From Polyangiaceae bacterium (lineage in GTDB: Bacteria; Myxococcota_A; Polyangia; Polyangiales; Polyangiaceae): a stretch of DNA of 64,000 nt. The translations under genes were made by a program, and so were the position numbers. Positions 31,235 through 42,069 of the stretch are shown piece after piece. The DNA is taken from assembly GCA_965222375.1 (NCBI GenBank), contig CBDCTZ010000012.1:96001-160000 (forward strand), read 5' to 3'. The notes below the pieces were generated by a model. It ran no database searches, was not told the DNA's origin, and was given only the letters and a program-made list of their open reading frames with translations. How positions within the stretch are numbered: position 1 is the stretch's first letter; the number at the start of each line of letters is the position of its first letter.

Positions 31235-31447
31235 TGAGACCTCCGATGCGTAAGACGATCCGGCCCGGGGGCTCACCAAGCCGGCAGTTTTTCCGCGCTG
31301 ACGAGCGCGGGTTGGACGCGGTGGAACCTAGCAGGCTGGCCAGGGACTTTCGAGAAAATTCATGGTTTTTGCCGGAATTTGAGGCGGAATACGGGGCTGC
31401 TTCAGCTTGTCGTCCGCCGGCCACCCCATGCTAGTGTCCCCGCGACG

Positions 31448-33298
31448 ATGGCCACCCTCCGGTACTTCCCGCCCGACGGTCAGCCGGTATTGCTGCCTAT
31501 CGCGAAGCCCGTGATCACCATCGGGCGCGATCTGGGCAACGACGTTCATATTCCCGACCACAGCGTCGGTGATCACCACGCGCAGATCGTATTTAACGGA
31601 CGAGATTTCCAGCTTGAGGAGTTGGACAAAAGTGCGGAAATCCTCATCAACGGAAAGAAGAAGCGCCGCGCCCGTCTGGTCAACGGAGATCGGCTCCAGT
31701 TTGGCAAGGCCCAGCTCGGCTTCAGCATGATGAGCGAGCTGCCCGTCGCGGCAGAAGCCGAAGCGGCGGATGAGGGGCCGGCGAATGTGCTGGCCAGTCT
31801 GCGGCGCCTGCATGCTTTCAGCGAGCGCTTGATGACGAGTTCCAGTGTCGACGAGCTACTGGAAATGTTGCTCGACGACCTGATTGACGTGACGGGTGCG
31901 GCGCGAGGCGTCGTTCTGCTCGTGGACCTCGGCGAGCAACAGAGTACGCCACGAGTCAGAGTCAGCCGCAACGTCAAGCGCGAGACCATCGAGGATCCAT
32001 CCGGCGCCATCAGTGACAGCATCGTGCGTCAAGTGATCGAGTCGAAGCGCCCGGTGATCGTCAGCGATGCACTCACAGACACCACCTTCAGTAAAAGCGA
32101 AAGTGTCATTGCGCTGAGGCTTTCCAGCGTTATGTGCGTTCCTTTGCTCTCCCAGGGCGAAATCATCGGTGCCATCTACGTTGGAAACGATGAAGTGAAG
32201 CATCTTTTTCATCGCGAGCAGCTGGATCTGTTGACGATCTTCGCCGGCCAAGCATCGCTGATTCTCCAGAACGCGATGTTGCTCTCCGCACTGCGCGCCG
32301 ACCAAGAGAAGCTGAAGACGGAGCTGTCCGACAAGCGGTTTGGCGGCATCATCGGTGCTTGCGCCAGCATGATGGAAGTGTTCCGAAAGCTCCAAAAGGT
32401 CGCTGGCACGGACATCAGCGTTCTGATTACCGGTGAGACCGGCACCGGCAAGGAGCTGATCGCCCGGGAGCTTCACTGGCGTAGCAATCGCGACAAGGGA
32501 CCCTTCGTCGTGGTCAATTGCGGCGCCATTCCCGAAAACCTGATGGAGAGCGAGATGTTCGGCCACGTGAAAGGTGCCTTCACGGGGGCTGTGGCCAGCC
32601 GTCCGGGCAAGTTCCAGCAAGCCGATGGGGGCACTCTTTTCCTCGACGAGGTTGGGGAGCTGTCGCCCCAGCTGCAAGTTAAGCTGTTGCGAGCGATCCA
32701 AGAGCGAGTCGTTCATCGGGTCGGAGACAGCAAGCCCGAGAAGTGCGACATCCGAATCCTGACAGCGACCAATCGCAACTTGGAAGAGATGATCACCACC
32801 GGCGAGTTCCGGGAGGATCTTTTCTACCGTTTGAACGTCGTCAACCTGTGGCTGCCGCCCCTGCGCGAGCGTGGTGACGACGTGCTGATCATCGCCAAAG
32901 CGTTGCTCAGCAAGTACGCGGATGAACTGAACAGCCCGGTGAAAGGCTTTTCGCCTGCGGCCTTGGCTGCTGTGAAGAAGTTCACCTGGCCGGGCAACAT
33001 TCGGCAACTCGAAAACCGCCTCAAGAAAGCCCTCGTGCTGTGCGACAAGTCGCTGCTGCAGCCCGACGATTTGGACTTGGGGCCGGAAGCCATGGAGCCC
33101 ATCGTGCCCCTCGAGAAAGCGAAAGAGGATTTTCAGCGGCGCTACGTCCTCGACGTGCTCGAACGAAACAACGGCAACCGCACCCAGACCGCACGCGACC
33201 TGGGCGTCGATCCTCGAACGATCTTTCGCTATCTCGAAAAAGAGCAAAACCCGATGCCGAGCGGCGCGGGCGGCACATCGGGCGAAAAGGGCGAGTGA
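31448..33298 (+). CDS. FHA-GAF sigma54-dependent transcriptional activator
   Basis: IGRD..HAQI FHA-like domain, [33 protein letters not shown]. Confidence 0.95.
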   Translation: MATLRYFPPDGQPVLLPIAKPVITIGRDLGNDVHIPDHSVGDHHAQIVFNGRDFQLEELDKSAEILINGKKKRRARLVNGDRLQFGKAQLGFSMMSELPVAAEAEAADEGPANVLASLRRLHAFSERLMTSSSVDELLEMLLDDLIDVTGAARGVVLLVDLGEQQSTPRVRVSRNVKRETIEDPSGAISDSIVRQVIESKRPVIVSDALTDTTFSKSESVIALRLSSVMCVPLLSQGEIIGAIYVGNDEVKHLFHREQLDLLTIFAGQASLILQNAMLLSALRADQEKLKTELSDKRFGGIIGACASMMEVFRKLQKVAGTDISVLITGETGTGKELIARELHWRSNRDKGPFVVVNCGAIPENLMESEMFGHVKGAFTGAVASRPGKFQQADGGTLFLDEVGELSPQLQVKLLRAIQERVVHRVGDSKPEKCDIRILTATNRNLEEMITTGEFREDLFYRLNVVNLWLPPLRERGDDVLIIAKALLSKYADELNSPVKGFSPAALAAVKKFTWPGNIRQLENRLKKALVLCDKSLLQPDDLDLGPEAMEPIVPLEKAKEDFQRRYVLDVLERNNGNRTQTARDLGVDPRTIFRYLEKEQNPMPSGAGGTSGEKGE

Positions 33299-33310
33299 GC
33301 CGGAGCTGGG

Positions 33311-34129
33311 TTAGACGATCCGAGTCTGGCCACTTGCGCCGCAGATCAAGCAAGCGGGTTCTTGCACGCTGTCGTCGCTGGCAACCGCAATAGGCCAGGC
33401 ATAGGCAGCATGGCGCTCGGAGACGACTGATTGCAGTCGGGCGATCCGGGCCAGGTAGTGCTGGGCGCGTTCGAGGGCCTTGCCTGCGCGATGGCCTCGG
33501 ATTTGTGATTTCTCACCGCTGCCTCGATAGGCATCGGCGGACTGGAAGTCCTGCTCCAAATCGACCAACAGTGCACTCGGAATACTGGTCGACTCGGCAA
33601 TGAAACGCCGAATTCTCGAATGCATCGCGAAGGGCACTTCGGGCACGAAGATGTGCGCAAAGGACCGGGCGCGATCCTCGATGTACTCCACAGTCAGGCG
33701 CACGGCCAATCCCGAGCCCCCGCAGGCGTCGCAGTTGCGATAGCCATCGGTACAGGCGGGACAGGATCGAAGGTTGTCGCCTATGGTCACTATGCCTCGG
33801 CCCCCGCAGATGGTGCACAGCTGCTTGCCGCGCTCCAGCCAGCAGCTGGAGCAATCAACGGTGGGTTGAGCCCGGAACTTCTCGGGCACCCGGCGGGAGT
33901 TTCGTGGCCCCGCTGCCTCGAGATCGGGCTCTCGCACTCGAGCGCCCAGCAGAGCTTCGTATCCACTCTCGGAAACTTCGATCTTGTCCCGAAAACTCCG
34001 TCGCTCGACGACTCGCCCGGCGATCGCCAGACAGACCCAGCGTTGCAGGGGCGCATCCTGCAGGTTGCGGGTTGCCAGTTCCTGCCTGACACTGGCGGCA
34101 TTGGGGATGTAGTCGTCGAAGGCGTTCAA
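33311..34129 (-). CDS. Hypothetical protein with a DnaJ-type CxxCxGxG zinc finger
   Basis: CSSC, CTICGGRG, CPACTDG, CDACGGSG. Confidence 0.72.
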   Translation of the reverse strand: MNAFDDYIPNAASVRQELATRNLQDAPLQRWVCLAIAGRVVERRSFRDKIEVSESGYEALLGARVREPDLEAAGPRNSRRVPEKFRAQPTVDCSSCWLERGKQLCTICGGRGIVTIGDNLRSCPACTDGYRNCDACGGSGLAVRLTVEYIEDRARSFAHIFVPEVPFAMHSRIRRFIAESTSIPSALLVDLEQDFQSADAYRGSGEKSQIRGHRAGKALERAQHYLARIARLQSVVSERHAAYAWPIAVASDDSVQEPACLICGASGQTRIV

Positions 34130-34157
34130 CCTTCACGCAGCATACGCCAAATAGAGG

Positions 34158-34604
34158 CTAGCGTGGCGCCGGCGCGGGTGTTTCGTCCAGGGCGTCGACC
34201 AAGGGATAGAGCTCTTCGTTCTCTCGGGTCATTCGTTGGCCCAAGCGCTGCAGCAGTTCCACCGTTTCCCGGGCAAAGCGCTTGGGGTCCTCTCGCACCG
34301 CTTCCGCGGAGCGCCAGTTTTCGCTGAAGCGCGCGAAGACCTCGTACAGCTCTCCGACCTCCAAGTACAACGCCTGGGCCTGCTCCCGTACGGCGGCGCT
34401 TTCGCTTTCCAGCAGCCGGGGATAGAGGGCTGCGTTTTCCATCGCGGCATGGACTTTTAGCTTACCGGTGAAGCGCGCCAACCGGAGGCATGCCTCTTCG
34501 GGGCGCTCCAACAACACGTCCTGTCCCAGGCTTCGCATGAGCTTCCCGGCCAAGCTGACCAACTCCCTGTGTTGCCTTCGAAACCGCTCCGTTGGGCGTT
34601 CCAT
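34158..34604 (-). CDS. Hemerythrin HHE-domain protein
   Basis: RQHREL, KVHAAMEN..LYP, RMTRENEELYP. Confidence 0.85.
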   Translation of the reverse strand: MERPTERFRRQHRELVSLAGKLMRSLGQDVLLERPEEACLRLARFTGKLKVHAAMENAALYPRLLESESAAVREQAQALYLEVGELYEVFARFSENWRSAEAVREDPKRFARETVELLQRLGQRMTRENEELYPLVDALDETPAPAPR

Positions 34605-34688
34605 GCCCCCTTGCTACGCGCCAGCCGCGGCTTCGGATCGTGACGATCCTCAGTTTTCCCCGGTTGCGGTGATGAGTAGGATGGGCCC

Positions 34689-35852
34689 ATGTCCTGGAGA
34701 TGGCATGCTGCTTTGGGTGTATTGGCCGTGTTTTTTGCAGCTGGCTGCGGGACCCGGGGAGCTGGGGCGCCTCCACCCGTGACCGAGGCTGCGCCGCCGG
34801 GGCCCGCCGCGCCCCAGCAAGCGCCCCCTCCCGTCGCCGCCGACCCTGAGCCACCCAAAGTCCCGGACGAGGCAAAACTCCGAACCGACGATGAGCGAAA
34901 TACCGTCGACGTGTTCACGCAGTCTGCGGCCAGTACCGTGTTCGTGACCCAAAAGCGGGTAGTCGTCGACTATCTCGCGGGTCGGGCTGTCGAGGTGCCT
35001 TCGGGAGCTGGTTCGGGGTTCGTTTGGGACAACCAGGGGCACATCGTTACCAATTTCCACGTCATCACTAAGGCTCGCAACATCATGGTGACGTTGCAGA
35101 ACCAAAAGGCTCTGCCGGCGAAGCTCGTGGGCGCGGAACCCCGCAAAGACATCGCAGTTTTGAAAATCGTAGTCCCCAAAGACAAACTCACACCCGTCCG
35201 TTTGCCTCCGAATGGTCATGCTCTGCAGGTGGGACAAAAAGTGCTCGCCATCGGCAACCCCTTTGCGCTCGACCACACCTTGACCACCGGCGTCGTCAGC
35301 GCTCTCGGGCGTGAGGTCAACGGAATTGGCCGCGTGACGATTCGCGACATGATTCAAACCGACGCTGCCATCAACCCCGGCAATTCAGGCGGGCCACTGC
35401 TGGACAGTTCTGGTCGCCTCATCGGCATGAACACGATGATCCTGTCCAAAAGTGGCGCGTCCGCGGGGATTGGCTTCGCCGTGCCCGTGGACACCATCCG
35501 TCGGATTGTGCCCCAGCTGATCAAGAACGGGAAAGTGGAGCAGGTTGGGTTGGGCGTGCGTATCGATCCCCTGCGGCGCCTCGAGCGACGCTTTGGTATC
35601 AAGGGTGTCGTGGTTCTCGGCGTGATCGAAGGAACGCCCGCCGCCCGCGCGGGGTTGCGTGGTCTGCGCCAGACGCCCGAAGGGTTGGGTCTCGGGGATG
35701 TCTTGATTGGCTTGGACTCCGAGCGAATCAAGAACTACGACGATCTATACAACGCCTTGGACAAGCGAAAGGCGGGTGAGAAGGTGCAGGTCCGGGTGCT
35801 AAGAGGTAGGCGAAGCTTCTTGGTTCCCATGGAGCTCGTCGTGGTTCCGTAG
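34689..35852 (+). CDS. HtrA/Deg-type serine protease with PDZ domain (lipoprotein)
   Basis: TNFHV, DIAVL, INPGNSGGP; AAGC lipobox. Confidence 0.95.
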   Translation: MSWRWHAALGVLAVFFAAGCGTRGAGAPPPVTEAAPPGPAAPQQAPPPVAADPEPPKVPDEAKLRTDDERNTVDVFTQSAASTVFVTQKRVVVDYLAGRAVEVPSGAGSGFVWDNQGHIVTNFHVITKARNIMVTLQNQKALPAKLVGAEPRKDIAVLKIVVPKDKLTPVRLPPNGHALQVGQKVLAIGNPFALDHTLTTGVVSALGREVNGIGRVTIRDMIQTDAAINPGNSGGPLLDSSGRLIGMNTMILSKSGASAGIGFAVPVDTIRRIVPQLIKNGKVEQVGLGVRIDPLRRLERRFGIKGVVVLGVIEGTPAARAGLRGLRQTPEGLGLGDVLIGLDSERIKNYDDLYNALDKRKAGEKVQVRVLRGRRSFLVPMELVVVP

Positions 35853-35958
35853 GCCGAAACCCCTGCATCTTTTCGCCGAGCTGGCGCCGGCGAATTCAGG
35901 CCACCGAAAAGCCGGGTCCTGCGTGCATCGCGGCGGGCCACTGATCTAGGATGCCGCC

Positions 35959-37326
35959 ATGCCTATTCTGGAATCCGTCACGGACGCTGTTGGCCAGACC
36001 CCCATGGTCAGGTTGAGTCGGATTGGTCGCGACCTGCCTTGCGAACTCGTTGGCAAGCTGGAATTCATGAACCCCGGCGGCAGCGTCAAAGATCGCATCG
36101 GCGTACGCATGCTGCTCGAAGCCGAGCAGAGCGGACGGATCCAGCCTGGGGATACGCTGATCGAACCCACCAGCGGAAACACGGGGATTGGGCTTGCCCT
36201 GGCGGCTGCGGTCAAAGGCTATCGGATGATCATCACGATGCCCGAGAAGATGAGTCGGGAGAAGCAAGTCGTGTTGGAGGCTTTGGGCGCGGAGATCATT
36301 CGCACGCCGACGGAAGCGGCTTGGGACGCGCCGGAGAGCCACATTGGAGTCGCCAAACGCCTTCAAGAAATCATCCCGCGATCCCACATTCTCGATCAGT
36401 ACAGCAACCCCGATAACCCTGCGGCGCACGAGAAGGGCACTGGTCAGGAGATCATTGAGCAGTGTGAGGAGCGGTTGGACGCCTGCGTGATGACGGCTGG
36501 GACCGGCGGTACGATTTCCGGCGTCGCGCGGGCAATCAAGAGCAAGTTGCCGAAGTGCCAGATTGTTGGCGTGGATCCCGAGGGAAGTATCTTGGCCGGT
36601 CCGTCAGAAATCAGGAGCTACAAGGTCGAGGGCATCGGATACGATTTCATCCCTGACGTGCTCGATCGCAAGTTGGTCGACCGATGGATCAAGAGCAATG
36701 ATCGGGATTCGTTTCGAGTGGCTCGGCAGCTGATACGCCAGGAAGGGCTGCTATGCGGTGGGTCCAGTGGCGCGGCAGTTTGGGCGGCGATGCAGATCGC
36801 CAAAGAACTTCCGGCGGGTTCGCGGGTCGTCACGATCTTGCCGGACTCCATTCGAAACTATCTGACCAAGTTCGTGGATGACGCCTGGATGCGGCAGCAT
36901 GGGTTTTCGGAGTCGGACTGGGAGCTGGGGACGATCGGGGACATCGTGCGGACTCTTCCTGAAAAGGCTGTCATCACGATCGAGGATGACCGCACCCTCG
37001 CGGATGCGGTTGACATGTTCAAGGCTCACGGTATTTCGCAAATGCCTTGCACGAGCAGCGGGCGCCTCAGTGGGGTCCTGACCGAAACAGACGTCTTGGA
37101 AATGCTCGTTCACGGCAGGCGCCGCGACACCAAGCTGGCGGAGATCATGGTGCGCAAGGTGTCGACGGTAACGGCCCACGAAAACACCAGTGCTTTGCCT
37201 ACGATCTTCGAACGTGGAGAGGTCGCGATCCTGGTGGACGCGGACAGAAAGGTTCAGGCGATACTCACCAAGATGGACCTGATCGACTACCTGTCTGCGC
37301 GAGCTCGCCTTGCGTCAGCCCGGTGA
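35959..37326 (+). CDS. Cystathionine beta-synthase with a C-terminal CBS pair
   Basis: NPGGSVKDR, EPTSGNTGIG, GTGGT, VEGIGYDFIP, PDSIRNYLTK, CBS domains. Confidence 0.93.
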   Translation: MPILESVTDAVGQTPMVRLSRIGRDLPCELVGKLEFMNPGGSVKDRIGVRMLLEAEQSGRIQPGDTLIEPTSGNTGIGLALAAAVKGYRMIITMPEKMSREKQVVLEALGAEIIRTPTEAAWDAPESHIGVAKRLQEIIPRSHILDQYSNPDNPAAHEKGTGQEIIEQCEERLDACVMTAGTGGTISGVARAIKSKLPKCQIVGVDPEGSILAGPSEIRSYKVEGIGYDFIPDVLDRKLVDRWIKSNDRDSFRVARQLIRQEGLLCGGSSGAAVWAAMQIAKELPAGSRVVTILPDSIRNYLTKFVDDAWMRQHGFSESDWELGTIGDIVRTLPEKAVITIEDDRTLADAVDMFKAHGISQMPCTSSGRLSGVLTETDVLEMLVHGRRRDTKLAEIMVRKVSTVTAHENTSALPTIFERGEVAILVDADRKVQAILTKMDLIDYLSARARLASAR

Positions 37327-39229
37327 CCCGCACGCCGGCGAGTCCGTTCGTTTCTGGCTCGCGCCGAGCGCGGCGGCGCTAGCGCTTCTGCTGCCTGCTT
37401 TGTTGTGGTCAAGTCTCGACGTCCATGACGATGCTTTCGATGAGCTCCTGGCTGTCGAGGCCGAGGAACTCGTCGTCAATCCGAAGCACCCCGGTGGGGA
37501 GGTCGTGCTGCACGGGCTGTACGTGTTGGCGAAAGCCCTGGGCTACACCGGCCGAGCGGCTGCCGTGGCGCAAATACAGAACGCGGTGTGGCTTTGCGTG
37601 GCCATCTTCTTCGTCACGGCCCTGGGCCAGAAGCTGACTCGTTCGCCGGTCGTACCCCTTCTGGGAGCCGCATGGTTGGGGTTCACGTTCTCGGGGATGC
37701 ATTTTCGCCACGACCCATACCTCTTCTATTGGCCGCAAGGGCTGGCGGTATTCGCTTTCGCGGCGTACGTGCTTCTCCGGGGGCGCGCGTCCCGTCCTCA
37801 CCCGGTGGTTGGAGCGTTGTTGGCTGTCGCAGTCGCGATCAACCCCATGCTCTTGCTACCATCGATTGCTCTGGCGGTGAGCATGGTGATTGATAGCCCG
37901 CGCCTGAGCTCGCGTCGAACCTTCACAGGGCTCTCCCTGCCACCCTTGGTGGTCGCCGCGCTGGTTTTGGGCAGCATGCGGTTGCAGCTCGGCGGAGCCC
38001 GGGTCTACGGAAGTTGGCCGGAGGATTCCGCGTTGCGAATGGGCAGTGGACTATGGGCCAGCGTGTCTGCGGTGGAGTTTCAGGCTTCAGAGGGCTTCGG
38101 ACTGTTTCCAGCTAGCGTAGTCTTGCTGGCGGCGCTGGTGACGGGGCTCGCTCTGCGGCTTGCCCTGATGCGGCGCAAGCCTGCCCCCATCGTCTTCGTC
38201 CTGGCTTCTGCTGCGCACACGGTTTTCGTCGTCTGGTGGGATGTCGGACAGCTGCATTTCTATTACCTCGTGGTCATGCTTCTGTGGATCGCGGCGCTGC
38301 TAGCTCTGCCTGAAACTACGACACGGTTTCGGCCCTTTTTTCTCGGGGTGGTAGGCCTGGCCGCAGTGGGTGCGGTCGTGACCAATCATGCTTCGTACTT
38401 GCGGCCGGCGCGGAGCGCGGAAAACGACGTGCAGCTGCGCTTGAGCAAGCAGCCTTTCAACCAAGGCGATATGCTCGTGACCGAATCCGCTCCGTGGATC
38501 GCTTTGGAGTACTTCCACCGAATTCGCAGTGTGGGCTGGGCTAGCCTGGCCGTGGACTACACCCCGGCGTGGCAACCCTTCACGCAATTCGCCGCCATTC
38601 AGCAGGCTCAGGCTGAGGCGGGCCAGCGGCTCTTCGTTGAAGTCGATGAGACGGGGCAAGTGCTGGTCCCGGTAGACTTGATGCCTGGCTCTGGTCCGCT
38701 GATTACGGCGCCGGAGCTGCTTCGGATCTCGTTTGGCCAGCGGCTGCAGCTCGACGGGCGCTGGTTCGCTCAGGTCACAGACCTCAGCGAGGCGCCACCC
38801 TGCGCTGGGGATTTCCCAGAGTCACGTGGAGGCATCGGTTTTCGGGCTTCGGGCTATTCCGAGGAAGGCCTCAATACTTGGTATGCGCCCGCAAATGCGT
38901 TGGACGACAACGAGAGTTCTGAATGGATCGCGCGAGAAGGAGGGGCGGCGACCCTCGAGATCAAGTTCTCCCCCGCCCGGCGCCTCGCGAGAATCCGGGT
39001 GTTGAACGCCCGCAACAAACCCCATCGAGATCGAGCCACGCAGAGCTACGCTCTGACCGTGTACGAAGAGGGCGGGGCCAAGCAATCCGTGGAAGGGCGT
39101 TTCCCAGAACCGACCGACGCTCGTCAAGAGAACGTCCACTCTCTGGGTGGCCGTGTCTATTGCTTGCGGTTGAAGCTCACGACTCGTTTCGGCTTGAGCG
39201 CGGGCGTGGCGGAACTGTCCTGGGAGTGA
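37310..39229 (+). CDS. Multi-TM protein with C-terminal discoidin/F5-8-like domain
   Basis: About 10 hydrophobic segments; ASG..PANALDDNESSEW..ELSW; start uncertain. Confidence 0.72.
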   Translation: MRQPGDPHAGESVRFWLAPSAAALALLLPALLWSSLDVHDDAFDELLAVEAEELVVNPKHPGGEVVLHGLYVLAKALGYTGRAAAVAQIQNAVWLCVAIFFVTALGQKLTRSPVVPLLGAAWLGFTFSGMHFRHDPYLFYWPQGLAVFAFAAYVLLRGRASRPHPVVGALLAVAVAINPMLLLPSIALAVSMVIDSPRLSSRRTFTGLSLPPLVVAALVLGSMRLQLGGARVYGSWPEDSALRMGSGLWASVSAVEFQASEGFGLFPASVVLLAALVTGLALRLALMRRKPAPIVFVLASAAHTVFVVWWDVGQLHFYYLVVMLLWIAALLALPETTTRFRPFFLGVVGLAAVGAVVTNHASYLRPARSAENDVQLRLSKQPFNQGDMLVTESAPWIALEYFHRIRSVGWASLAVDYTPAWQPFTQFAAIQQAQAEAGQRLFVEVDETGQVLVPVDLMPGSGPLITAPELLRISFGQRLQLDGRWFAQVTDLSEAPPCAGDFPESRGGIGFRASGYSEEGLNTWYAPANALDDNESSEWIAREGGAATLEIKFSPARRLARIRVLNARNKPHRDRATQSYALTVYEEGGAKQSVEGRFPEPTDARQENVHSLGGRVYCLRLKLTTRFGLSAGVAELSWE

Positions 39230-41073
39230 GTCGTGGCCTCCCCCGGCAACAATTGGCGGAGCCACCAGGCCTGGCCGAGCGTGCGTTTTTCGGCGCGGTC
39301 CAGGGTAGTGACTACCCGCGTCACGATGTAGTTCGCGAGCACCACCAAGAGCGTGCCACCCACGAGAAACAGCACCTCGGTCATTGCTGGCGGCAGGTCC
39401 ACGGCAAAGGGTTTGATGACCACATGACCATCCTCGAAAACATAGGAGCGGGGCACAAGGCCAGCGGCCTGTAACGCGATGGGGACTACCACAGCCAGCG
39501 GCGCGAGCACTTGGGTTGCGATCTGAACCGGTTGGTTGCCGCGAAAGGCGATTAGGTAGGTCACGGCAGTCGCGACGGCCAGGCTAGGCACCAAGAGGTA
39601 GGGACCAGCAAATACACTCAGCGCGCTTACGCTCGTGAAGGATAGAACGAGGGCGATCCAGGTTAGCGGCGCCGAGAAGTGACCCTTGCGATCGACCCAG
39701 AGGTTGACTGCGACCAGCAACGCGGGCCCGGAAACCAAGAAAGCCAACGCGGGCAAGCTCCGAACGCCCATGATGAGGGCCAAGGGGATCAGGGCCAGCC
39801 ACGCTGCATACACGAAGATCGACGCCCGCGCGGATTCCCGCGCGGCCTCGTCCCGTTGGTGGTCCAGCTCCTCCTGCGCGCCGTTGGGCAGCTCCTGGGA
39901 TTTGCCCGCGAGCAAGGCGCGCAGAGTCTCGAGAGCGTCGGTGCGGGTCGGGTCCAAAGCGAGTGCTCGGCCCAACTCGGCTACTGCTGCGGCGTGGTGC
40001 TGTTCATCGCCCGTGCTACCCGGCGGACTGATGGAGAGCCGCGCCCGCGCGCTCTGCACGTGCTCCCCGGCTGCGGTGCGGAACCGCTCTGCGTTGGTCT
40101 CGCCCTCGAGGTATGCCAGCAGTTGTTCGTGAAACTCTCGGGCTGTGGGGCGATCTCGGAAGTAGCGACTCGTTGCGGCGATGCACAGCTCAGCCAACGG
40201 GGCGGGCACGTCACCCGCAGCGGAGAGCCGCTCTGGCAGGTCATCACCTTTGGCAACTTGCTCGACGACGTTTTTTTCATCGCCCTCCCGAAGCAGCTCT
40301 CCAGTCAGTACCTCGAACAACAAGATGCCCAGGGCAAACACATCCACCCCCGGCCCAACGCTCTCTCCCCCTGCTAGCTGCTCCGGGGCCATGTACTCCA
40401 AGGTGCCGACCACCCGGTCGCTGTGGGATTGCACTTTGGCGCTTATCTGGACCGCGCTGTGACGCTCGCTCCCTGGGTCGAAGACTTTGGCGACGCCCCA
40501 ATCGAGCACGTACACCTCACCGTAGTCCCCCAAGATCACGTTTTCGGGTTTCAGATCACGGTGCACGACGCCCCGTTCGTGCGCGTACTGCAGCGTGAGG
40601 CTCACGCTGTCCAGGGCCGCAAGCAGCTGACGCTGGCTGTAGGTTTCCTCGCCTCGCACTCTCTTTTGAACGACCTCGGCCAGGGTTTGCCCCTCGACGT
40701 GGCGCATGGTGAAGTACACTCCCCCCGAATCGCAGGCGGCGAAGTCGTAGATCGGCACGATTCCCGGGTGTTGCAGGGCGGCCTGCACCTGAGCTTCGCG
40801 GATGAATCGCAGCTTTCGGCGCTGAACGCCTGCATGGGTGGGTTTGAGCTCTTTGATCGCGACATTCCGACCCAACGTGCGGTCGTGATACAGCCAAACG
40901 TCGCCCATGCCGCCCGATGCCACGAAGCCCTCTAGGTCGTAGCGTTTTGGGTAGGCGCATTTGCTGCGCGTGGCCTCCACATGCTCCTCTCCCGTGGCAG
41001 TAAGCGTCTTCGCGGTGCGCTCGGGTTTGTGGCTGGGTCGGGGCATGGTTATGCCAGGGGAGAAAACGGTCAC
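39157..41073 (-). CDS. Membrane-anchored Ser/Thr protein kinase
   Basis: GGMGDV, VAIK, HRDLKPEN, DWG, YMAPE; C-terminal TM helices. Confidence 0.93.
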   Translation of the reverse strand: MTVFSPGITMPRPSHKPERTAKTLTATGEEHVEATRSKCAYPKRYDLEGFVASGGMGDVWLYHDRTLGRNVAIKELKPTHAGVQRRKLRFIREAQVQAALQHPGIVPIYDFAACDSGGVYFTMRHVEGQTLAEVVQKRVRGEETYSQRQLLAALDSVSLTLQYAHERGVVHRDLKPENVILGDYGEVYVLDWGVAKVFDPGSERHSAVQISAKVQSHSDRVVGTLEYMAPEQLAGGESVGPGVDVFALGILLFEVLTGELLREGDEKNVVEQVAKGDDLPERLSAAGDVPAPLAELCIAATSRYFRDRPTAREFHEQLLAYLEGETNAERFRTAAGEHVQSARARLSISPPGSTGDEQHHAAAVAELGRALALDPTRTDALETLRALLAGKSQELPNGAQEELDHQRDEAARESARASIFVYAAWLALIPLALIMGVRSLPALAFLVSGPALLVAVNLWVDRKGHFSAPLTWIALVLSFTSVSALSVFAGPYLLVPSLAVATAVTYLIAFRGNQPVQIATQVLAPLAVVVPIALQAAGLVPRSYVFEDGHVVIKPFAVDLPPAMTEVLFLVGGTLLVVLANYIVTRVVTTLDRAEKRTLGQAWWLRQLLPGEATTHSQDSSATPALKPKRVVSFNRKQ

Positions 41074-41207
41074 TCCGCCGGATCCTTAAACAAATTGCGA
41101 TGTGGAACGATGTGCGCAGATGTGGTCTTCGCGGGCTCGGTCCGCAGGACTTGCGTGAGCATGGACACGCGGCGTGTTGCGAGCGCGGCGGCACGCAAGT
41201 CGAGGCG

Positions 41208-41846
41208 CTAGCCGCCGCAAGCTCTGGACGGGCTGCGGGCGGCCTCCAGGCTCAGTTCGACGTCGACTTCGTCGGCTAGGACCCACTCATATGGCAGCCC
41301 CGGCTCGATGCCGAAATCGTGACGGTCGACCCCGAACGCCGTCGCAGCACGCAGACGCTGTTTGTCCTTGCGGCCGCTGGCGGAAACGCGCAGGTGCTGG
41401 GTCACGCCCCTCAGAGTCAAATCCCCAACTAGCACCAGCTCGCCACGACGCTCTGTCACCCGGGTCGATTCGAAGCGCGCGGTGGGGAACTCCTTGACGT
41501 GCAGGAACCTCTCCGAACGAACTAGATCGGTCATCCACTGGGTCGCGCCACGCGCGCTGGCCAGGTCGACGGTCAAGCTGAGGCGTTTGGGCCGGTTGGT
41601 CGCTTCCGACAGCCACACTTCTCCAGAGAAGTCCACGATCGTGATCACGTGGCGGGTGCCCATGGCGAAGGCTACAGCTGCGACTGAAGACGCTTCTTTG
41701 TCGATGCAGTAACGGACCAGCGCTTCGGTTCGGGTCGTTGGCTGAGGGGGCTCCGTCGCTGCTGGGGTCGCTAGAGGAGCGCCGCCACAGGAGGAAGCCA
41801 GCACTGCCCAACTCACCAGAGCCCAGCGCCAGGCTGGCCGTGCCAT
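41208..41846 (-). CDS. YceI-family lipoprotein
   Basis: F.V..FPTARFES, GDLTLRGVT, DRHDFGI; lipobox-like LASSC. Confidence 0.85.
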   Translation of the reverse strand: MARPAWRWALVSWAVLASSCGGAPLATPAATEPPQPTTRTEALVRYCIDKEASSVAAVAFAMGTRHVITIVDFSGEVWLSEATNRPKRLSLTVDLASARGATQWMTDLVRSERFLHVKEFPTARFESTRVTERRGELVLVGDLTLRGVTQHLRVSASGRKDKQRLRAATAFGVDRHDFGIEPGLPYEWVLADEVDVELSLEAARSPSRACGG

Positions 41847-42069
41847 TCCAGTTCGAAATCGTGTTCCAGGCCGGCAGAGCGATGCTCCGTGTCTGCGTGT
41901 CACGCGAGCGCCTGGGCGACGAGCGGATCGCTATGATCCTGGGCCATGGCGTCGACTATAGCCCGAGAAGCCCACCAGCTCGCGGACAACCGCCGAGGGG
42001 TGCGTCGCCAGATGCCCGCAAAGCCTTGGTTGGCTCAAGGCGTGAGCTCCTAGACCGTTCTTTTTGGCG

